Source of the DNA: Pseudomonadota bacterium
Lineage (GTDB): Bacteria; Pseudomonadota; Alphaproteobacteria; RF32; CAG-239
Direction: 5' to 3'
Length of the DNA stretch: 64,000 nt
Assembly (NCBI GenBank): GCA_918234285.1
Contig: CAKJXZ020000003.1
Location: forward strand, 1-64,000
Below, in pieces: positions 58,879-64,000 of the stretch. A program made the position numbers and the translations under genes. The first letter of the stretch is position 1, and every line of letters begins with the position of its first letter. The notes beneath the pieces are model-generated. The model saw only the letters and a program-made list of their open reading frames with translations, had not been told where the DNA came from and did not search any database.

Positions 58879-61800
58879 CTACATTTCGCGTCCGCTTTTA
58901 CCGAAATTTTTCAAGACCGACTTAACTTTGTTTTCCGACAGCTTTGAAGCCCTTACTTCGGTAACATTTCCTTTGGCGTCAATATCGCGTTCATACATGT
59001 TTTTACTGTCGCCGTCACGAATGTATTCTCTTATTTCGCCGTTTTGATTGCGGATTTTACCGATTAACTGGTCTTCTTTACCGCCGTCACCGCCCACGGT
59101 GTTTGACGCCAAATTCGCACCCTTGTAGGTGGCAACGTCGTGACCGTTATGGTGTTCAAGTTTCATTCTGACACCGTCAACGGTACGAGTTTCGGTATTA
59201 CCATCGTTGCTGACCTTAACGTGAATTTTATGACCGTTAACCGTACCCTTAACATTATAGCCGTGCTTTTTCATTTCTTCCGCCGATGTAATCGGGTTAT
59301 CCGGATGTTTGGCATTATACTCTTCCATCGCCACTCTGCCGGCATATTCTTCGGCTGTGGCATTGGCATCGGCGGTTACCGGCATATAAACCGTATGTTC
59401 ATGCTTTTTAGTGAAAATACGTTTAAACCAACTTCCGGATTCGCTTTTGCCGGTAACATTTCCCATCTTCTTCTGTTCTTCAATGGCCTTTTGCGCATCT
59501 TCGGTAAGGCCGCTCTGTTTGGTCGGGTCCGGAACAATTCGCGGCTGACCTTCCGGTGTATCCACGCCTCTTATCGGTGCGGAGCCGCCATTACCGCCGG
59601 CCTCGTTGCCTTCTGCAGAACCGTGACCGCCGTTACCGCCGGAAGAACGGGTCCAACCGTGGTCGCGTTCCACTACTTCGCCGCCCGGACGAATAATCAT
59701 GTGTCCGGAGTTAAGTTTACCGGCTATCCGATCGAACTCGCCGCTGTCAAGTTTGGCCTGAAATTCTGCTTGTTGCGCATCGGTCAGTTGCAATTTGCTT
59801 AAATAAGAAGTCATACCGGATTTAACAATATGCGTATTACTGCCGCGTAAATCGTCAAAGTCCTTACCTTCCATCAAGCCCATTTCCTTCAAAATTACAT
59901 AAGTGGCATTCGGCATGTCCGTAACTTTTGCATCGGTAATATTAAATTCGTGAGTTGCCGGAGTTTCGGTAATTACATCACTGCCACCGTTATCCTGTTC
60001 TCCAAGCTCTTTACCGACGGCGGCACCGGTTTGTGCACCGTCCGCCAATTCATTATTCTCCGGAGCGCCGAAGAAATAGTTTTTAAGTCCCGTAACTTTT
60101 TCTCCGACAAAATCCTGTGCCGTATCGCTCAGCATAAATCCGCCGGCAGCCACACCGAGAGCAGCGGCTAAACCTTTGCCTTTGCTCCCCTTAATTTGTC
60201 CGACCAATTCCATAGCCTTTTCTTTGTCTTCTGCCGACATATTCGGAGCATATTGATCCAACTTTGCCAACACTTTTTCATCGCCGTTACGTATCAATTT
60301 AGAAAGATCTTTGGCGATTTTTTGTGCCGTAGTGGCCTTTTTAATACCGAACAACCCTTTGCCCGGCTCTTCCTGTTGCGGCAAATATTTCTGCAGCAAA
60401 TCCGCCAAATCTTTTTGTGCTTTGGCAGCATCATGACGGACATTGAGATATTGTCCCAAACCGGCCGCCGCCGTAATCGTACCGGCAACTTTGGCTTTGC
60501 CCAACCCCATAATGGTAGTCTGCGCCGCGTTTTGTGCCGCCTGAGCGCCCCATCCGGTCATACTGCCCCACGCTCCGAATGCTAAAGTTCCGGAAGCAGC
60601 CATTACCGTGGTAAACGCGGCCGAGGTCAGGAACAAACCGGCCTGACGAGCCAAATTGATGGTTTCTTCACGATTATCTTTCAAATATCCGAAAAAGCCT
60701 TTAATTGAGGTTTTGCCGTCACTCTTTTCTTTATAATTTCTCCACGATTTTCTAACGGCTCCAAACAATTTACAACCTTGACGCGCCGTTATACCGATAG
60801 GGCCGAATGCCGCCGCCAAACCGGCAGTCCAGGCCACGTTTTTGATACATTCCTTAACCGCGCCCATAACCGTAGGATGCTTAGCCGTCATTTGATTTTT
60901 GGCTTCTGCCGCTCTTTCCGGCGTCTGTTTCATACCGGTTTTTCTGCCCAAGCGAGAAGCATAGATTGCATTTTTATCGGTATAAATACCGTTGGCAATC
61001 GTATAGGTATTGGTAGCCACATACTTGGCAAATTTTGCCATATATTCTTTCTTCTTTTCCGGATCTTTCTGTGCCTCATTCCATTCGTCAGCAGAAAGTT
61101 TATTATCCTTCAGATATTTTTTCAGCCACTCATTTCTCTCTTCCGGCGAACTCATGATATTGTTGAAAGTCAGCGTAACCGTTGCCAGATATTGAGCGCT
61201 GATTTCTTCAACTTTTTGATGATAACGCTCAATATTCTTTTGGTTGTCATCGTCAGGCGTTTCCAAAGAAAGCTGGGTTAAAGCAGTGGTGCGAATAACA
61301 TCCAAAGTTTCTTTGAAAACTTCCGGATTTTCTTTTGCAAACACTACCGTGGCCGGGTCTTTTTTCAATTCTTCCGGCATCGAATCCGTATACGGAGTTT
61401 TTTCGGTCAGAGCCGCCCATTTATCTTCGTTTTCTTTGATTTTTTCCGGGCTCGGCAACTCGCCGTCCAAACCGTTATTCTTGTCGTATTCTGCCAGTTT
61501 TTGTTCCAACTCGTCGGCTTTTTCGTATTTGTAATTCGGATCTGCCCCCAATAAAATATCGGCATAATCTTTAACCAACGGAGCATTGTTTTCATCAAGA
61601 TTGATTTCTTTGATTTCCTTGGCGGCATATTTTTCAATGTCTTTCATCTCGCCGTTGATTTCAGCCATTTTCTCGGCAATTTCTTTAGCCTCCGGAGTAT
61701 CTAAAGAAGCAAATTCCTCACCGAATTGCGATACTCCCTGACTGACCAGGTTGTTATAATCTTCTTTTAATTTTTTATAATATTGCAACAAATCATACGA

Positions 61801-62187
61801 CGTCATGCCTTCGAATTTATCAGATGTTTTTTCTTCCGGTTTCGGAGTCGTATTTTCGCCCACCGGCTGTTCAGGTTTCGGAGTTGTATTTTCGCCCACC
61901 GGCTGTTCAGGCCGCGGAGTCGTATTTTCGCCCACCGGTTGCTCGATTTCTTTTAACTTTTCGCGACGTGCCGAAATCTGTTTGTTCAACGAATCCTGCA
62001 ACGAGGTAGGCAGATTAAAGTTGCCCATAATACTTTCCAATTTATCCAGCGATTCTTTGTCGAAATCATCCAACTGGATAGTATTAAACTTGCGCAAAAT
62101 GCGGTCAAGTTCCTCTCCCTGCAAAGTTTTAACGTCATCAAGAGAATTGATTTTATCTCTGAATTCTTGATCGGTCATATCAGCCAT
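58879..62187 (-). CDS. Very large orphan protein, family member C (1102 aa)
   Basis: Start corrected to MADMTDQ (AGGAG RBS). Helical N-terminus, central hydrophobic Ala/Gly segments, C-terminal motifs shared with members A and B. Confidence 0.82.
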   Translation of the reverse strand: MADMTDQEFRDKINSLDDVKTLQGEELDRILRKFNTIQLDDFDKESLDKLESIMGNFNLPTSLQDSLNKQISARREKLKEIEQPVGENTTPRPEQPVGENTTPKPEQPVGENTTPKPEEKTSDKFEGMTSYDLLQYYKKLKEDYNNLVSQGVSQFGEEFASLDTPEAKEIAEKMAEINGEMKDIEKYAAKEIKEINLDENNAPLVKDYADILLGADPNYKYEKADELEQKLAEYDKNNGLDGELPSPEKIKENEDKWAALTEKTPYTDSMPEELKKDPATVVFAKENPEVFKETLDVIRTTALTQLSLETPDDDNQKNIERYHQKVEEISAQYLATVTLTFNNIMSSPEERNEWLKKYLKDNKLSADEWNEAQKDPEKKKEYMAKFAKYVATNTYTIANGIYTDKNAIYASRLGRKTGMKQTPERAAEAKNQMTAKHPTVMGAVKECIKNVAWTAGLAAAFGPIGITARQGCKLFGAVRKSWRNYKEKSDGKTSIKGFFGYLKDNREETINLARQAGLFLTSAAFTTVMAASGTLAFGAWGSMTGWGAQAAQNAAQTTIMGLGKAKVAGTITAAAGLGQYLNVRHDAAKAQKDLADLLQKYLPQQEEPGKGLFGIKKATTAQKIAKDLSKLIRNGDEKVLAKLDQYAPNMSAEDKEKAMELVGQIKGSKGKGLAAALGVAAGGFMLSDTAQDFVGEKVTGLKNYFFGAPENNELADGAQTGAAVGKELGEQDNGGSDVITETPATHEFNITDAKVTDMPNATYVILKEMGLMEGKDFDDLRGSNTHIVKSGMTSYLSKLQLTDAQQAEFQAKLDSGEFDRIAGKLNSGHMIIRPGGEVVERDHGWTRSSGGNGGHGSAEGNEAGGNGGSAPIRGVDTPEGQPRIVPDPTKQSGLTEDAQKAIEEQKKMGNVTGKSESGSWFKRIFTKKHEHTVYMPVTADANATAEEYAGRVAMEEYNAKHPDNPITSAEEMKKHGYNVKGTVNGHKIHVKVSNDGNTETRTVDGVRMKLEHHNGHDVATYKGANLASNTVGGDGGKEDQLIGKIRNQNGEIREYIRDGDSKNMYERDIDAKGNVTEVRASKLSENKVKSVLKNFGKSGREM
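61834..61944 (-). repeat. Coding 36-bp tandem repeat x3 (EQPVGENTTP[RK]P)
   Basis: Three near-identical units visible in both DNA and protein. Confidence 0.9.
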
Positions 62188-62389
62188 ATTTGTTCTCCTA
62201 AACAGCCTATTTTTTCTATACTGTAACGCAAATTTACCTAAATTGCAAGCAAAAAATGACAAAATTTACAAAATTTTTGTTAATATTGTCAAATACCGGC
62301 GATTCCGGTCAATAACCCGTTTTTTTAGTATACTTTTCTATTCTGTATGCTATAACAGTTTTAGTTTAAGAGTGGTTAACGGAGAATAA

Positions 62390-63868
62390 ATGTCTCAAAT
62401 TACGAAAAAATTTGCCTGTTTATTGCTTTTCAGCTTTGTTTTATGGAGCGTCGTGCCGATATTGCGCATTTCGCTCTCGATGGACACGCAAGAGGCGATT
62501 GTCTGGGGCAAGTATTGTTTATGGGGAACCACCAAACACCCTCCGTTTTCGGGATGGGTTGCTTATTCTTGGTATACTCTGTTCGGGCAAAGCGACAAGA
62601 TAATGTACGCATTGAGCCAAATTTTCGTCTTACTGGGCCTGATATATGTTTATAAACTTGCCCGTTGTTTTTTGAGTGAAACCGCCGCAATCGCGGCAAC
62701 CGCATTACAATTAGGTATCATTTATTACGGCTATTCCACTCCGGAATTTAACGTCAATGTCATCTCGGTCGGGTTGTGGCCGATGTGTGCCTACTATTTT
62801 TGGCGCGCTTATACGCAAAACAAACTGCTTGATTGGCTGTTGTTCGGAATTTTGGTCGGGCTCAATCTGCTCAATAAATACAGCGTTGCCATGCTGTTAA
62901 TTTCTCTCGGAATTTTCGTTTTGTGTGATAAAAGTGTTTGGAAGTTGCTGAAAAATATTAAAGTTTATGTTGCAATTACAGTATCTATAATATTGATTTT
63001 TCCGCATCTTTATTGGTTATGGCAAAATAATTTCGAATCATTTAATTATATCTCATCACGCAGCCATGGCGGCAACATTACTTCTTTTTGGCGCCATTTG
63101 ATTTATCCGCTGAAATTTCTGACGGCGCAGATTTTATTTGCCGCGCCGGCGCTGATAACCTATCTTTGTTTTTGGCGTAAAAACAAAACATTAGAATCAA
63201 AAATTGAATCAAAGAATCAAGTCGATACCACCCGTTTTATCTTTTGCACCGCGCTCATTCCGGCGCTTACCTTTGCGCTGATTTGCCTCATAAGCGGTAA
63301 TGCCGCCAAGAGTATGTGGGGATTTCCGTGCCTGTTTATGTGGGGAACAGCCTTATGTTATTTTGCGCCGTTCAAAACCGACGATAAAACCGTCAACAAA
63401 CTGCTGAATGTTATGTTTATCTGGGTGGCGCTGTTTGCGGTCGCCTACGGCATACAGTGCGTGGTAACTACCAGTATGCGCTACCAAACTGAGGTCAGAC
63501 AGGTGGCGCAAAGTTTTGAGCAAAAATGGACCGAACATACCGCAAAACCGCTGGAATATGTGGGGGCCGACGTTTGGTTCGGTGACATTATGGCGCTGTA
63601 TGCATCTCACGAAATCAAGCCGATGATTTGGCTGAAACCGCAAAATAACCCGTGGTTTGATGAAGCCGATTTCAAACAAAAAGGCGCATTGCTGATTGCC
63701 GCTGACGATTGGGAATACGAACAATACCAAAAGATGTACGGTGCGGCGGTTTCGGCTCCGCAAAAAATGACGCTTGCATTTAAAAACTATTTTGGTAAAA
63801 CTAAAGAAAAAGAAGTATTATACGGATTTTATGAACCGTGGGAGGTTACAAATGCCGAAGAAAAATAA
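62390..63868 (+). CDS. GT39/ArnT-like membrane glycosyltransferase
   Basis: D..E...WG....G..KHPP, L.KY and PHLYW motifs; many TM helices. Confidence 0.85.
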   Translation: MSQITKKFACLLLFSFVLWSVVPILRISLSMDTQEAIVWGKYCLWGTTKHPPFSGWVAYSWYTLFGQSDKIMYALSQIFVLLGLIYVYKLARCFLSETAAIAATALQLGIIYYGYSTPEFNVNVISVGLWPMCAYYFWRAYTQNKLLDWLLFGILVGLNLLNKYSVAMLLISLGIFVLCDKSVWKLLKNIKVYVAITVSIILIFPHLYWLWQNNFESFNYISSRSHGGNITSFWRHLIYPLKFLTAQILFAAPALITYLCFWRKNKTLESKIESKNQVDTTRFIFCTALIPALTFALICLISGNAAKSMWGFPCLFMWGTALCYFAPFKTDDKTVNKLLNVMFIWVALFAVAYGIQCVVTTSMRYQTEVRQVAQSFEQKWTEHTAKPLEYVGADVWFGDIMALYASHEIKPMIWLKPQNNPWFDEADFKQKGALLIAADDWEYEQYQKMYGAAVSAPQKMTLAFKNYFGKTKEKEVLYGFYEPWEVTNAEEK

Positions 63869-64000
63869 ACTGATCAGTATCGTTATTTCCGCTTACAACG
63901 AACAGGATAACGTGGCAGAACTGCACAAACAGCTGAACGCAAGCACAAAAGAGTGCAAAAATGTCGACTTCGAATATATTTTTGTTGACGACGGCAGCAA
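63852..64000 (+). CDS. GT2 glycosyltransferase (ArnC-like), truncated by window edge
   Basis: MPKKNKLISIVISAYNEQDN...FEYIFVDDGS. Confidence 0.85.
   Translation, partial: MPKKNKLISIVISAYNEQDNVAELHKQLNASTKECKNVDFEYIFVDDGS

Overview
Alphaproteobacterial chromosome window, judged from a GTTC-N7-GTTC LexA box, carD, ppdK and the mlaD-mlaD-DUF2155 arrangement. A gut Rhodospirillales/RF32-like host is an inference only. Bases 1 to ~18.8 kb are the right arm of a lambda-like siphovirus prophage, transcribed almost entirely on the minus strand. It carries a putative activator, an excisionase-like HTH, replication genes, a cosQ/cosN-like site, a ParB plus ParB-methyltransferase module, terminase, portal, S49 protease, capsid, tail tube, a frameshifted tail chaperone and the tape measure. 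It ends at an unusual tRNA-Thr(UGU) locus where an intact tRNA and a 47-bp 3'-half copy face away from each other ~300 bp apart. The rest is host DNA: truA, ruvAB-ybgC, a CPA2 antiporter, lexA, carD, HU, ppdK, yajC-secDF, mlaD pair, Gld-like ABC transporter, comF, sucCD-like, sufSTE, SPFH/NfeD and glycosyltransferases. Large orphan genes are interspersed among these. Best leads: (1) a family of at least three large orphan proteins sharing unnamed domains, a common upstream motif (two members) and T4SS-like C-terminal tails; (2) the inverted att-like pair around the tRNA promoter; (3) a SucCD homologue whose catalytic His and other active-site residues are replaced; (4) a leaderless antisense moron next to the phage methyltransferase. 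All calls are by eye from motifs, with no database searches.
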